DNA of 64,000 nt from Minisyncoccota bacterium (GCA_040905715.1 JBBDRA010000002.1:3746-67745), one strand, 5' to 3'. Positions 49,101-58,981 are shown, counted from the first letter of the stretch. The notes: generated by a model not told the origin, from the letters alone. Translations and numbers: made by a program.

Positions 49101-50837
49101 GCGAAGGTGGTTAACTTTCCCACGAACTTCGTGACAGAGAGTGTCTTTGGTCAAAACCGTATACGCACCACTAACGGTAAAGCTGTCATTAGGTCCATAC
49201 GCTTCTTCGGTATACGGTTTAGGGTTATTTATATGAATAACCGGAGAGAAGGTCTCGCCAAACATTAAAGCGCGCAGTGATATTTCATCAGGACCGAGAA
49301 TTATTCTTTGATCATCGATATTTATTTCAAACCCACCTACGCCGGTATCATTCCACCCACAACCGGTACAATCGCTATCGTGATCGGAAAACACCGTCTG
49401 CACCGCAACAAACGCAGCTCCGGCTACGATCAGAGCCGCAAAGAGAAGCGCGACAGGAATAGAATTTTTACCTTTTATCAATAATCCCTTTAGCTGAAGC
49501 ACAACAAGGACAACGAGTACGAGAAGTAAAACACCGACTGTTACTACAAAACCACCCCCTTCTGTATCTGTTTGCACACCAGAAACAGGGAAGAAGGTCG
49601 TGTATTCACCAAGCACTTCACCATTTTTTTCGATCTTCACTTCTACTGTTACGTCCTCATCTATCGAATTTATGAAAGACACAGGCAGCGTAACGATCTG
49701 AGAGTCACTTGTCAGATGTACCCCCTCTTGTTTTGTGTGTGCAACCTCATTTCCGGATGAGTCTTTCATACTCAAGATCATCTCAGCGTTGGTTATCTCG
49801 CTTGATGTTCCGTCTCTATTACTTCGCACGAACTCACCTTCTTCATTTCGCGTATATCGAATTCTTCCGGAGGTATCCGGAAGAGATTGTGGCCCCACAA
49901 AAAGGACGTTTATTTGAGACTCTCTTTCTTGAGGTGGCCACACTTCAGGGGTGATGCTGTAAATAGTAGCGCTCGGACCGGCAACACTGAATTGACCTTC
50001 TACAAGGGGTGTCCGCGAGACACCATTCTCATCTCTAAACTCTACACGAAACGCAAATGTTCCGGGAGCATCAGTTGGAAGTGGTATTGAAATAGTCTGT
50101 TCTTCTCCCTTCGAAAACGCAACGGTTTCCACTTCTGTCTCTTCAATAATATCACCGGCGACCGAGACCTTAAAAACCTGAAGATGTGGGGTAAGCTCTA
50201 TCGCTTCTTCTTGCTCATTTTCCAGTGTGACTGCTATTTCTAGGTCGTCAGAGCTTGTAACCACACCTCCAGCCTGAGGCGGCGCGCGGTCTTGTGAATT
50301 TCGAATTAATTCTGCTGAATCAATACGAACCTCCCCGCCACTTCCCCGGACCTCTACGCGAACATCTTCCCACCCCAGCAATACACCTTGTCCGGTCATT
50401 GCCTGGACCTGGATCGCGGTGTCGCTTCGGTCTACCGCCTCCGGAATCGTGTACGAAAATTCAATTTCTCGCTCTTCGCCCGGCAAAAGAAAGATCGGTC
50501 CTTCAATTATAGAACTGTATACACGATCGGCTACCTCGCCTTCACGCTCATCAAAACCGGCCACTAATGAAATACGATACTGAATATCTGTGGCAACGCT
50601 GTCGGACGTATTCTTTAGTAGTGCGGTGCCAACTGCGCGCTCTCCCGCTTCAAATACTTTAGTTTCGTTTTCAAGCTCAAGACCGATAACATGCACTGAT
50701 GGAACCACGGAACGAATTGAGTTCTGCTGTTGCGCTGCTGCTTCAGTTGTATTCGATACAACTAAAAATGTAAAAAGGAGAAAAAATATCACTACAAGAA
50801 AAGCAACAAACGAAAGAACGGGGGTTTTAAAGATCAT
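46188..50837 (-). CDS. Giant surface protein: signal peptide, Ig-like domains, TM hairpin, Cys/aromatic-rich region, FN3/PKD-like C-terminus
   Basis: 1549-aa ORF; paralogous architecture to 51042-54713; ends VDPRYEEF. Confidence 0.8.
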   Translation of the reverse strand: MIFKTPVLSFVAFLVVIFFLLFTFLVVSNTTEAAAQQQNSIRSVVPSVHVIGLELENETKVFEAGERAVGTALLKNTSDSVATDIQYRISLVAGFDEREGEVADRVYSSIIEGPIFLLPGEEREIEFSYTIPEAVDRSDTAIQVQAMTGQGVLLGWEDVRVEVRGSGGEVRIDSAELIRNSQDRAPPQAGGVVTSSDDLEIAVTLENEQEEAIELTPHLQVFKVSVAGDIIEETEVETVAFSKGEEQTISIPLPTDAPGTFAFRVEFRDENGVSRTPLVEGQFSVAGPSATIYSITPEVWPPQERESQINVLFVGPQSLPDTSGRIRYTRNEEGEFVRSNRDGTSSEITNAEMILSMKDSSGNEVAHTKQEGVHLTSDSQIVTLPVSFINSIDEDVTVEVKIEKNGEVLGEYTTFFPVSGVQTDTEGGGFVVTVGVLLLVLVVLVVLQLKGLLIKGKNSIPVALLFAALIVAGAAFVAVQTVFSDHDSDCTGCGWNDTGVGGFEINIDDQRIILGPDEISLRALMFGETFSPVIHINNPKPYTEEAYGPNDSFTVSGAYTVLTKDTLCHEVRGKVNHLRSNEDRALGPDGFSSGTCDPYGYYGWGYWYGSSSYEGFSHTYYYFNSQHQSQPGEYLAPNGAWGEAAILPVMVSANNYIVPDPRISREYTIVRDEIPVCGFRGLEEGYGYYDENEEFQVWDDAYYACDTHCWEQGYEWGSNEYDQCIDSCMDSWGDMTINEKLEQSDWSGAYTYHFSEDMKPRRFETWEEDLFYEQDAQVYTNESRYEFSSGNRDRLRTQQEQYDVGENRCLDTDEYSGVGYDEGEREDNAGNRTWGYCSIHREFDWDLGYEYDEDGRLVTVRDDGETGPARRASRSSCTKGTEDGECQPDVYQDRYTEYVSHLERAGLYGRCGSNITDDTDPNDLDWTFDRKIDFLDERTTDDLYNDAKNRLDHVRSSGGEYTTTYDGAASTYIKAHRMDLYEVDAREVEYSFEVDDLVPGKSHDFVIVLEQRDLSDPDAAWEHLEDRTYTVTGQPQFEPDTVEGEIPLIKGKEVRIKEYYIEVEYSSDDYASMSQSELDANLPSALGRVIMDICISNSADVAGSDLCPLAGDISSHRVDEGGVRVPMNTQLEPEFTPDEEMNIPDGVYDGNPQNWSDLPAGDLATGEQYTYTVKAEDDPDRTIRAATCVDEYEMSPETGIEITESCDFSDPALYTITPTCSGGWCSVTNVSPSIPEGLITHVAFLYLEEESVDLEAFSGGNSVGDGGGCVPYGSDIDLEWETAGALEEFCSASSSSGDWTGNKSSAGGSDTQVGLTNTESLYEYTLQCAAASDGTLVEDTASVSVCEPEPTDLQATESCDANDAYVELDWDGTTAGIWYEVFRKLSTEPDLAFSSLETVADTEYRDPAVSSPPTIATSTEYVYKVEAVNSDNTSESYGSDSVTVTTNSCETSTTLSCEPLPNEDGTYTYPVNTSVTWVVIPGGETYIWSVPEGSEVSSSGDEIDIRYSTVGEKDSPEVSSDGGTYTECEVPGSANNKINISVDPRYEEF

Positions 50838-50982
50838 ACTAAAACATAAAGATTATCTTCCATACTATCTATAGTAATACTATTTCAACACATTACCAAT
50901 AGCATTATCCACTACTCATTGTGGCCAACATTTCCTTAGACAGTGCAAACAGAACCTAGCATTATTATAAATTTTAAAAGAA

Positions 50983-51026
50983 ATCACAAAAGAACCCCGC
51001 AGGATCCTGCGGGGTTCTTTTGTGAT
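50983..51026. terminator. 44-bp perfect palindrome / terminator between the two giant genes
   Basis: ATCACAAAAGAACCCCGCAGGA|TCCTGCGGGGTTCTTTTGTGAT. Confidence 0.7.
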
Positions 51027-51041
51027 ATTATGCGTTTGTTC

Positions 51042-54000
51042 TTAAAATTCCTCGTAACGCGGATCAACAAAGATCTGTATTTCACCTTCGCATCTACTTC
51101 CATCATCTAGCACTGCATCAGCATCTATTGTACCTACTGTACTATATCTAATTATTATATTGTTCTCAGTTTCACCATCAATTTTACTTTCGTCTTCGTT
51201 ATCACTCCACTCTACAAATTTACTGTCGGGGCTCGCCACCCAGGTAACTTGTGAGTTAACCGGCGCACGGCCGTCTTCTATCTCATTTCCGTCACTGTCT
51301 TTGAAGGTCACCGTACATCCTCCACCAATTGGCGGCACAGGGCAGGACGGATCCTCTTTTTTACACGGACCCCAACCCTGCCAATCCCCCCAATCCCCAC
51401 CAGAGGAGCACTCTCTCACACGGGTCTGGTCACCATCACACCCGTCTATGGTACATTTCTCAGTTTCGTCCTGTGTTTTCCCTGGTGTACACTCATCGTC
51501 AGGGACCCCATCATCACCATCGCCATCACCATCACCGTTATCATCATCGTCATCGTCGATCGGACAGTCGGGATTAACCTTTTCAAGACCCTCACACTCG
51601 CCCCAAGCAAATGAGCCATCACCATTCTTCGGCCAAACTCCGTCCGCTGTACACACAATGGTCTGGCTCCCTTCCAAGTCGCAACCATCACCATCTTTTT
51701 CTCCACATGAGCGCTGCATTGTGTCACCAGGCTCACACATATCATCGCCGGCGATCGTCAACCATCCCACATGATGTCCGACGGGTTCATCGAGCCACGG
51801 CATGGTCTCGTCACTAAATTCTTCGAAGTACGCGTCACCTATGTACATCTCCATTACATTTGAGTCAGGCTCGAGTGAGTCCGTAACATAATCATACCCT
51901 TCTTCGTCACCTACCATTGTGTAACTTCGCTCTTGGGTTTGATAGTCCGGATACCCCCATGGGTCACAGTACTCTTCTCCATCGTATTCATAGCAGTACT
52001 CAGAATACGTGCCATCCCATGTAATGATCTCTACTTTAAGAGTTTCTTCTACATTTTCAGCTAAGCGTCGAGCTCTGATAATGAAATCCGATCCGTTTGC
52101 GTTCGCCGACGACCGATTTCTCAGATATTCAGGAAGATAATAGTATGCGTATCCGCCGCCGCCATCACCATACGAGAGATACTCAGCCTCGTCTTCGCTG
52201 TACCCCTGATCTAGGCGATCAGCTTTTCGATCGGCGCGTTCACTGGCCACCCTACTCCTGTCGCTTGCAAGGTCCCCCTCTAGTTCATCTCTGGCATCTT
52301 CTAACGTAAGCTCATCCGAGAGCTGAATATCACTGAAACCACTATGAGAACTCCAAACACAGTTTCCCCAAACACATGAGGAACCGGAGTGCTCTCCTGA
52401 AAATCTGCGTCGAGTTTCAGTTTCAATACGATCATTTTCTTCATCTATATCGCTATGCCCCTCTCCTATATACACACCATTGTACATAGGTGCGGTGTCG
52501 TTAGTGGTACCTGAGTCTATAACTTCACCTCGACTTATGCGTTCCCAAGAACAGGATATGTCAAGTTTGCCTTCTTCAAGATCCTGCCCTACATCACTAC
52601 AATCCGATTCCCTTACACCCGTTCCTCCATACGATTTTTTAAAAACATCGTAACTACCAGAACCGGACACATTCGTAATCACACACCTATCTTCCTCTTC
52701 ATCGAAACTCCACTCCCGAGTAAGATTACCTGAGTGAGTTCCTTCCCGAGACCCATCAGCCCACGACCTTTCAAACGTATCCGAACCGGATTTAGCTTCT
52801 GTCTGAAACAATCGCCGACTGTCTTCTCCGTCAACCTCAAAACCGTTACGCCCACAAAATGTCGGTCTGGCGTTATACGGATCATGCCTGAAGCTCACAG
52901 TGGGACGAGGGATCGCGATGTTCTTAATATCGATCGTCACATCATAACGACCGATATTAGGAGGAAGTCCGTAAATAGAACCTCGAGGAGCCCGGTACTT
53001 CCAAAGACCACCGTACGTGCTGTAACGATCGAACTCTTCGTTTACATACCTGCTTTCGCTCGGCACGTACATACCTTTCCCTTCCACCTCAACTCGCTGG
53101 CCTGCGCCGCCAGATATCGGAGGCCGCTCGATGAAGACCCGTATGGCCGTAGTTTGATCGCCCGATAAATGAACGGTTTTACTTGGAGCAACATCAACCA
53201 CCTCGATCGGGATCAGGTTTACTCCAAGAGGATACTCGAGCTCAAAGAACATTCTATACGCTGACCCATGATCAGCGAAAACAAAAGAGTAAGAAACCGC
53301 GAAAACAACAAGGATCCCGAGTCCAGCCATCGTTTTTTTGAGACCACGACGCAGTAAAGCCAGGAGAGTAAGAGCAAAGAGTAGTCCTGCCAGAACAACA
53401 GCGGTCCAAAAAATAAATAGCCAATAGCTTCCATTAAGTCCTTCGCCGGTAGAAGAAGAAAGGTCTACGCTTTTCTCACCAATAACTGATCCGTCCTTAT
53501 AGATCTTTAGTTGTACACTATTTGCGGTGGCGAGTTCAGTTACCGGAACATCAAGCTCCATCAACCCCTGTCCTGAAAGATCCAGACTCTCAAATGTCTC
53601 TTCATGTACCACATTTTTACTTTCATCAAATAAAACAAGTGTGGCGGCAACCGAGCTTACGTCCCCGTGATCATCGGGATATACAGGGTTGTTATTATCA
53701 TCTACGATAATAACTGACCCCGGTCTGCCAATATCTGCAGGAGGTCCTTCATACACAGCGGTCACTATCCCACTTCCGGAAGTCGATATGTCTTCCTTGT
53801 TTGACCCAAGTAAATGAAGTGTCACGAAATCACCTCGCACAATATACCGAAAATTAACCGCCGGGGAACGAACTTCGCCCGTCTTGGCATCAACAAATCT
53901 TAATTCACCGGCATACACCCCAGACTCATAGAGATCTCCTCCGTTGAGCTGAGAGGTTGGCAGCTCATACAAGTATGAATAACTATCACCTGAGGAAACT

Positions 54001-54713
54001 GTTATTGAGTCACGGGTGGTGGTATGCGGGTCGCCGGCTGGGTGAACATCATACAGCCGTATTTCTGGAACAACCTCGATAGACTCATCGTATGGATTGT
54101 GTATTGACCCCTCTATGGCAGGTCGGTCACCTCGTGACTGGTACACGCTCGGTATATCAAAAATGTCATATTCTGAAACCCTGTTTCCCGGATGACGCAC
54201 AACTAATGACGCACTCTCTGCTGGAAGCAGGGAGTTCTCCCCGTCAACAATGATGTTCTGCTCTGCATATGAGCGCACCTGCCCGCTCGGGAGTGCCGCG
54301 AGAACCGAGAGAACGACCTGATCGCCGGCAACATGCCGGGGAAGTTTATATGAGAAAGAGATCGTTTTACTCTCATTCGGACTCAAAGAAATCGGCTTAC
54401 TTGAAACATATTCGATGACCGAGTGTCCTACCCCTTCCACAGGAGCTTCAATGCCCACGTAGTACACTGCGTCTGGAATTGAAAATGAGTTGGGATTTTC
54501 TACAACCAATGACCCTTCGATCGTATCGCCGGAAGCGAACGTATTTGTAGGTAAGGGCTCAATAGCAACTTCCAAACCTGGAAGCGATTCGGCACTCTCG
54601 CTTTCTGATACCTGTCCGTACACCGGTAGCGTAACGGTGATAAGCGTGATCACCGCAAGAGCAAGACTGATCAAAACAATATTCAGTCGAAAAAGAGAAG
54701 CGAGGGAGTTCAT
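51042..54713 (-). CDS. Giant surface protein with thrombospondin-type-1-like Cys/Trp repeats
   Basis: 1223-aa ORF; CEPGDT…WGEC and CTPGKT…QTRVREC…WGDWQGWGPC; ends VDPRYEEF. Confidence 0.8.
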   Translation of the reverse strand: MNSLASLFRLNIVLISLALAVITLITVTLPVYGQVSESESAESLPGLEVAIEPLPTNTFASGDTIEGSLVVENPNSFSIPDAVYYVGIEAPVEGVGHSVIEYVSSKPISLSPNESKTISFSYKLPRHVAGDQVVLSVLAALPSGQVRSYAEQNIIVDGENSLLPAESASLVVRHPGNRVSEYDIFDIPSVYQSRGDRPAIEGSIHNPYDESIEVVPEIRLYDVHPAGDPHTTTRDSITVSSGDSYSYLYELPTSQLNGGDLYESGVYAGELRFVDAKTGEVRSPAVNFRYIVRGDFVTLHLLGSNKEDISTSGSGIVTAVYEGPPADIGRPGSVIIVDDNNNPVYPDDHGDVSSVAATLVLFDESKNVVHEETFESLDLSGQGLMELDVPVTELATANSVQLKIYKDGSVIGEKSVDLSSSTGEGLNGSYWLFIFWTAVVLAGLLFALTLLALLRRGLKKTMAGLGILVVFAVSYSFVFADHGSAYRMFFELEYPLGVNLIPIEVVDVAPSKTVHLSGDQTTAIRVFIERPPISGGAGQRVEVEGKGMYVPSESRYVNEEFDRYSTYGGLWKYRAPRGSIYGLPPNIGRYDVTIDIKNIAIPRPTVSFRHDPYNARPTFCGRNGFEVDGEDSRRLFQTEAKSGSDTFERSWADGSREGTHSGNLTREWSFDEEEDRCVITNVSGSGSYDVFKKSYGGTGVRESDCSDVGQDLEEGKLDISCSWERISRGEVIDSGTTNDTAPMYNGVYIGEGHSDIDEENDRIETETRRRFSGEHSGSSCVWGNCVWSSHSGFSDIQLSDELTLEDARDELEGDLASDRSRVASERADRKADRLDQGYSEDEAEYLSYGDGGGGYAYYYLPEYLRNRSSANANGSDFIIRARRLAENVEETLKVEIITWDGTYSEYCYEYDGEEYCDPWGYPDYQTQERSYTMVGDEEGYDYVTDSLEPDSNVMEMYIGDAYFEEFSDETMPWLDEPVGHHVGWLTIAGDDMCEPGDTMQRSCGEKDGDGCDLEGSQTIVCTADGVWPKNGDGSFAWGECEGLEKVNPDCPIDDDDDDNGDGDGDGDDGVPDDECTPGKTQDETEKCTIDGCDGDQTRVRECSSGGDWGDWQGWGPCKKEDPSCPVPPIGGGCTVTFKDSDGNEIEDGRAPVNSQVTWVASPDSKFVEWSDNEDESKIDGETENNIIIRYSTVGTIDADAVLDDGSRCEGEIQIFVDPRYEEF

Positions 54714-54937
54714 GGTTATATATTTAAATGTAAATAAACGAAAGTCTTTGATTAGTATACTAGTAGTATAACTTACCTCTTAAGGAGCGCACGATAAGCT
54801 GTCCACACATAGGCGCCACGAGAGACGCTGTCCAGTCATAGTACGAGCAACCACCCTTTACTTCTTGATGTATACGTTGTTTTATTATAAACTACGATCG
54901 GCACCAATATAGATCTTTCTCAAAAAAGGAGCGTGCG

Positions 54938-55849
54938 ATGAACCAGAGTCAATGGAGTGTACTGATATTGCTAATGATGATCATTGCTATACCGCCTACT
55001 ACGTACGGTCAACAGCAACCAGAAGTGATCGACGGACGCAGGTATGTCCGAAGAAATCCGGACTTTATTCCCACCCTTCTTGTCAACGACCCTCAACGGA
55101 TACAAGGGTACGTGGATATCCAACTTATTGGGGTTAGCGATGACAGGTTTTCTGACAATCCGGTGTACGGACATCCTATTGCCGATAAAGATATTCGCGA
55201 AATGGTCGAGCGGATATTTATTCAGGCAGGCATTGCTGTAAATTGGCTTCCACCGAAGAAATGGAACCACTCCCCGATCGAACACCGAGACATTGACCCA
55301 TTCGAAAACTCGATCGAATTCTTTCAACTCGCGGATCGACACGGAGAACGTCATCCAAGAGACACCGTGCTGCACTGGTACGTCATCGATCACTGGGACG
55401 ACCACCCCGAACGATGGGGTGCGGCAAGACACGCTATCAGTCCGCCGGAAAGCCCGATCAAGGGTATCGTGTACCATGTGGACATAGAAAACCACCTCAA
55501 CAGACATCCTGGCGCAACAGACATGAGGCGCGAACGCATGATCATTGCCCGCGCACTTGCCCAAGGACTATGCTTCGTTATGGGGCTCGAACCGTACAAA
55601 AAACCGGAGGACCCTGATAATGAAAGCTGGAGGGACAACCTTGAGCAAAACCTGATGGGGGTGCGTCCGGCAAGTTATATGTTGGCAAGCTACATGCTTG
55701 TGAACGGAAGACCGCCACGACCTCACGAGATGGAGCGCACAGAAAACGGTGTACCCAAAATTTTTGCCAACCCGGAGATATTTGCCAAAATTGAAGAAGA
55801 GCAAGCAGGAAAACTTCGGGAAAGTGAACTCGTACGCCCGGCTCAATGA
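54938..55849 (+). CDS. Secreted hypothetical protein, degenerate metzincin-like
   Basis: Signal peptide; ALAQGLCFVMGLEP followed by NLM; AAGGAG RBS. Confidence 0.65.
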   Translation: MNQSQWSVLILLMMIIAIPPTTYGQQQPEVIDGRRYVRRNPDFIPTLLVNDPQRIQGYVDIQLIGVSDDRFSDNPVYGHPIADKDIREMVERIFIQAGIAVNWLPPKKWNHSPIEHRDIDPFENSIEFFQLADRHGERHPRDTVLHWYVIDHWDDHPERWGAARHAISPPESPIKGIVYHVDIENHLNRHPGATDMRRERMIIARALAQGLCFVMGLEPYKKPEDPDNESWRDNLEQNLMGVRPASYMLASYMLVNGRPPRPHEMERTENGVPKIFANPEIFAKIEEEQAGKLRESELVRPAQ

Positions 55850-55925
55850 AATTCGCAAGCACCTCACCCCCCCCGCTTATTCTTCGGAATAAGCGGGTTT
55901 TTTATACTCGATCATTTTCATCGAT

Positions 55926-56807
55926 CTAACACGTCACACATCTCACCTCTTTTCCGTCACTTTCGAACGTCACCGTTCCAACTTTTGCTGTTTGCACCAC
56001 TTCGATCCCGAACTGTGCCAGCCGATCAAGAACCTCCTGGTGCGGATGCCCATAACTATTATCTTCTCCCGCCGAGATCACAGCGTATTCCGGCTGACTC
56101 CAGCCAAGCCAGGACAGGGCTGTTGAGGTGTCCGAGCCGTGGTGGCCGACCTTGAGTACGTTGCTTTTAATATTTTCCCGGTAGGTGCGGGCAATATATC
56201 TCTCTACCACCTTGGGCGCATCGCCGGAGAGGAGAAACGCCGTATCTCCATACACCAACCGCCCTACGATCGAGGCGTCATTGGGGTCCATACCCTCAGG
56301 GTCGACCGGCGGGAACAGCACATCGAAATGAACCCGGGGCGAAAGACGAATGCTATCGCCGGATCGAAGCTCGCGCACCCGCACGTTCTGCACCTCTGCG
56401 TCGTTCAACAAAGCATCATCAAGTGAACTTTCACTTGAAACTCCTGAGTGTAAAAGAGACCCAACCGAGTAGCGACCGATCACTGCCGGTAAACCACCAA
56501 TATGGTCAGCGTCCGGATGGGTTGCTAATACAACATTGATCGACCGGTCCCAGAACGGCATCGCCCCACTCAGACCGTGTGTTACTCGCACGCTTCTGCT
56601 GCCGTCTATCAACATTTGATTACCGTTCGGAGCTTCAATATAGATGGCATCACCTTGGCCGACATCGAGAAAGGAAACAACGAGCGTATCTTTTGTAGAT
56701 TCATTGAATAAAACATAATATAAAAATGCGGTGAGAACGATCAGTGCTATCGTCACAATAATGAGCGGATTCTCTTTCAGCAAGGACGCACTTTCTTTTC
56801 GGGGCAT
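55926..56807 (-). CDS. ComEC C-terminal MBL-fold nuclease domain protein
   Basis: FLDVGQGDA, THPDADHIGG, NDASIV, LKVGHHGS, NSYGHPH. Confidence 0.92.
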   Translation of the reverse strand: MPRKESASLLKENPLIIVTIALIVLTAFLYYVLFNESTKDTLVVSFLDVGQGDAIYIEAPNGNQMLIDGSRSVRVTHGLSGAMPFWDRSINVVLATHPDADHIGGLPAVIGRYSVGSLLHSGVSSESSLDDALLNDAEVQNVRVRELRSGDSIRLSPRVHFDVLFPPVDPEGMDPNDASIVGRLVYGDTAFLLSGDAPKVVERYIARTYRENIKSNVLKVGHHGSDTSTALSWLGWSQPEYAVISAGEDNSYGHPHQEVLDRLAQFGIEVVQTAKVGTVTFESDGKEVRCVTC

Positions 56808-56939
56808 GTTCATATTGTATCACCGGCAGACACACAGGGATCATGTCTATTGATAAAAGATCGTATATGCTATAAACATATAAGTTCGAAAGTGCCAGTT
56901 CACTCGTAGTAACCCACACTACCCCTAAGGAGGTGTGCA

Positions 56940-57611
56940 ATGCGTTATGTTGCTCTTTTTATTATGCTCCTTGGCATTGGTATCCAAAGCAGCTGCACCA
57001 CCACGACGCTGTATATTGCCCCGGCGCAGGAACGCAACCGTCACGCGAATCGTGCGTATGCAACCGTGATCATCCGCAGCGACGACGGAAACGCTACCGG
57101 GGTCTGCATCACACCGACCCACATCCTCTCGTGCGCGCACGTTATTGGAGAGCGAGACACGATCGAGATCGAGTATCACAGTGGTGAGCGAGTAGAAGCA
57201 AAGGTCGTTCACACAAACACCGAGGACGACCTCGCGCTTCTCTCAACGCCCGGCAGGATACATCCGTTCTATGCCCGGACGATCGGCGAGCTCCCGGCGA
57301 ATGGAACAGAGGTGTATACCGTTGGTCACCCTCGCCCTGTTAGATTCGGCTACAGCGCGGGAACGCTTATGCGCGCGACCAACAGCGAGATGCTTATCAG
57401 TACGTACTCGAACAAAGGTGCCTCCGGAAGTGGTGTGTGGCACGAGGATCGTCTTATCGGAATACTGTACGGAAGCTCGTTCTTTGCCGGTACTACTATC
57501 CGAGAGGGCTCGCTCTGCACACCGTCGTCAGCTATCATCCGTTTTCTTGAGCACGCGCAAAAGAATGGAATGGTTTCACCGACAGCGTTCGATGCTCTTT
57601 TGTCAAAATAA
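56940..57611 (+). CDS. Trypsin-like (S1) serine protease, probable lipoprotein
   Basis: Lipobox-like QSSC; triad motifs SCAHV, DLALL, GASGSG; AAGGAGGT RBS. Confidence 0.85.
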   Translation: MRYVALFIMLLGIGIQSSCTTTTLYIAPAQERNRHANRAYATVIIRSDDGNATGVCITPTHILSCAHVIGERDTIEIEYHSGERVEAKVVHTNTEDDLALLSTPGRIHPFYARTIGELPANGTEVYTVGHPRPVRFGYSAGTLMRATNSEMLISTYSNKGASGSGVWHEDRLIGILYGSSFFAGTTIREGSLCTPSSAIIRFLEHAQKNGMVSPTAFDALLSK

Positions 57612-57788
57612 CTACCCGAGCAACCTGATCGTACACACTCACGCCTTGCGCGTGAGTGTTTTATGTAATCTCTATTTCATACTCATACCATTACTCTTGA
57701 CACTGGATAACAAAGATGATATAAAACACTCAGAGGCACGATGAATCGTGCTCAACCAGTACCCTTTTACTCCGGGAAAGGTAGTGTT

Positions 57789-58175
57789 ATGAGACCCGTA
57801 TACATTCTCATTGTCGAGGATCACCAAGCTGTACGCGAGGCAATGACCGACGGGCTGACCAGAGCCGGCTTCACCGTGCGAGGTGCATCTACGATCGAAG
57901 AGGCGCGAACGCTACTCTTTACCGACAAACTCCCCTTTACGGCGATCGCGCTTGATCACAAGATCGGCTCCGACAACACAGAAACATTCGTCAGGGAGGT
58001 CCGTGAAAGCGGTTTCACCGGCCTCATCCTGGGAATGAGCCTCGAGATGGAGTTATCGATCAGGATCGAACGCGCCGCGTATCAAGCCGGCGGAGAAGGA
58101 CACACGCTTTCCGTTGAAAAACTCGAAGCGGTCGACGTGTTGCGTAAGATCCTTGCTCCATGCCAAGACGAATAA
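57789..58175 (+). CDS. Stand-alone response-regulator receiver domain
   Basis: ILIVED, acceptor Asp in ALDHKI, GMS, VEK. Start may be 57741. Confidence 0.75.
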   Translation: MRPVYILIVEDHQAVREAMTDGLTRAGFTVRGASTIEEARTLLFTDKLPFTAIALDHKIGSDNTETFVREVRESGFTGLILGMSLEMELSIRIERAAYQAGGEGHTLSVEKLEAVDVLRKILAPCQDE

Positions 58176-58303
58176 CGTTCAAGATCAGTTGTACCGCCCG
58201 CCACCTTTCAGGTGCCGGGCGGTTTTTTGTTTAAAGGGTTACCTTCGTAATCTAACCTGATACAATTGGGTCATTACGTGTATTATCCCTAACCCTACTC
58301 CTT

Positions 58304-58909
58304 ATGCCCCACTATAAAGAACAATCATTTAATTTACCCGATGAATTTCACGGGAAGCTTTCACGCAAAAGTGTTGACGAACACCTCAAACTCTACGGCG
58401 GATACGTCAAGCACACGAATACCATACTTGAAAAAGTTGAGGAACTTGAGCGAGACGACCTGGAGGGCAACAAATTTACGATCGAGTCACTTCGACGCCG
58501 ACTCGGATTTGAATTCGACGGCATGCGCAATCACGAGATCTACTTTGCCCAACTCGAGGACGGACCACAAGAACTCACCGACGACAGCAAGCTAAAGAAT
58601 GCGATCAGCTCGTACCATGAAGACTTCGATACCTGGCTCGCGGACTTTAAACAGATGGCGAAGACGCGTGGTATCGGTTGGGCCGTACTCTACTACGACC
58701 AACACGCCGACCAGCTTTTGAACGTATGGGTGGACGAGCAACACCTTGGACACCTCACTGGAGTCGAGCCGATCCTAATGCTCGATATGTGGGAGCACTC
58801 GTTCGTCTTTGACTACCAACCGTCCGGAAAAGGTGAATATATCGATGACTTCTTTGCTAACCTAAACTGGTCAGTTATAGAAGAAAACTTTGCGAATGCA
58901 AAGAAATAG
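58304..58909 (+). CDS. sod: Fe/Mn superoxide dismutase family protein
   Basis: EHLKLY.GYV, NHEIYF, GIGWA, DMWEH. Confidence 0.92.
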   Translation: MPHYKEQSFNLPDEFHGKLSRKSVDEHLKLYGGYVKHTNTILEKVEELERDDLEGNKFTIESLRRRLGFEFDGMRNHEIYFAQLEDGPQELTDDSKLKNAISSYHEDFDTWLADFKQMAKTRGIGWAVLYYDQHADQLLNVWVDEQHLGHLTGVEPILMLDMWEHSFVFDYQPSGKGEYIDDFFANLNWSVIEENFANAKK

Positions 58910-58981
58910 TATTTATGCTCAATGTTTAGAAAGCCCGCTCGGCCTTGCCGGACGGTTTTCTGTTTTCTAATGTCGCAACCT

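Noticed and set aside
46188-54713. Diversity-generating retroelement target/template pair
   Set aside because: The similar 3' ends differ at all base types rather than only at adenines, and no reverse transcriptase is present in the window.
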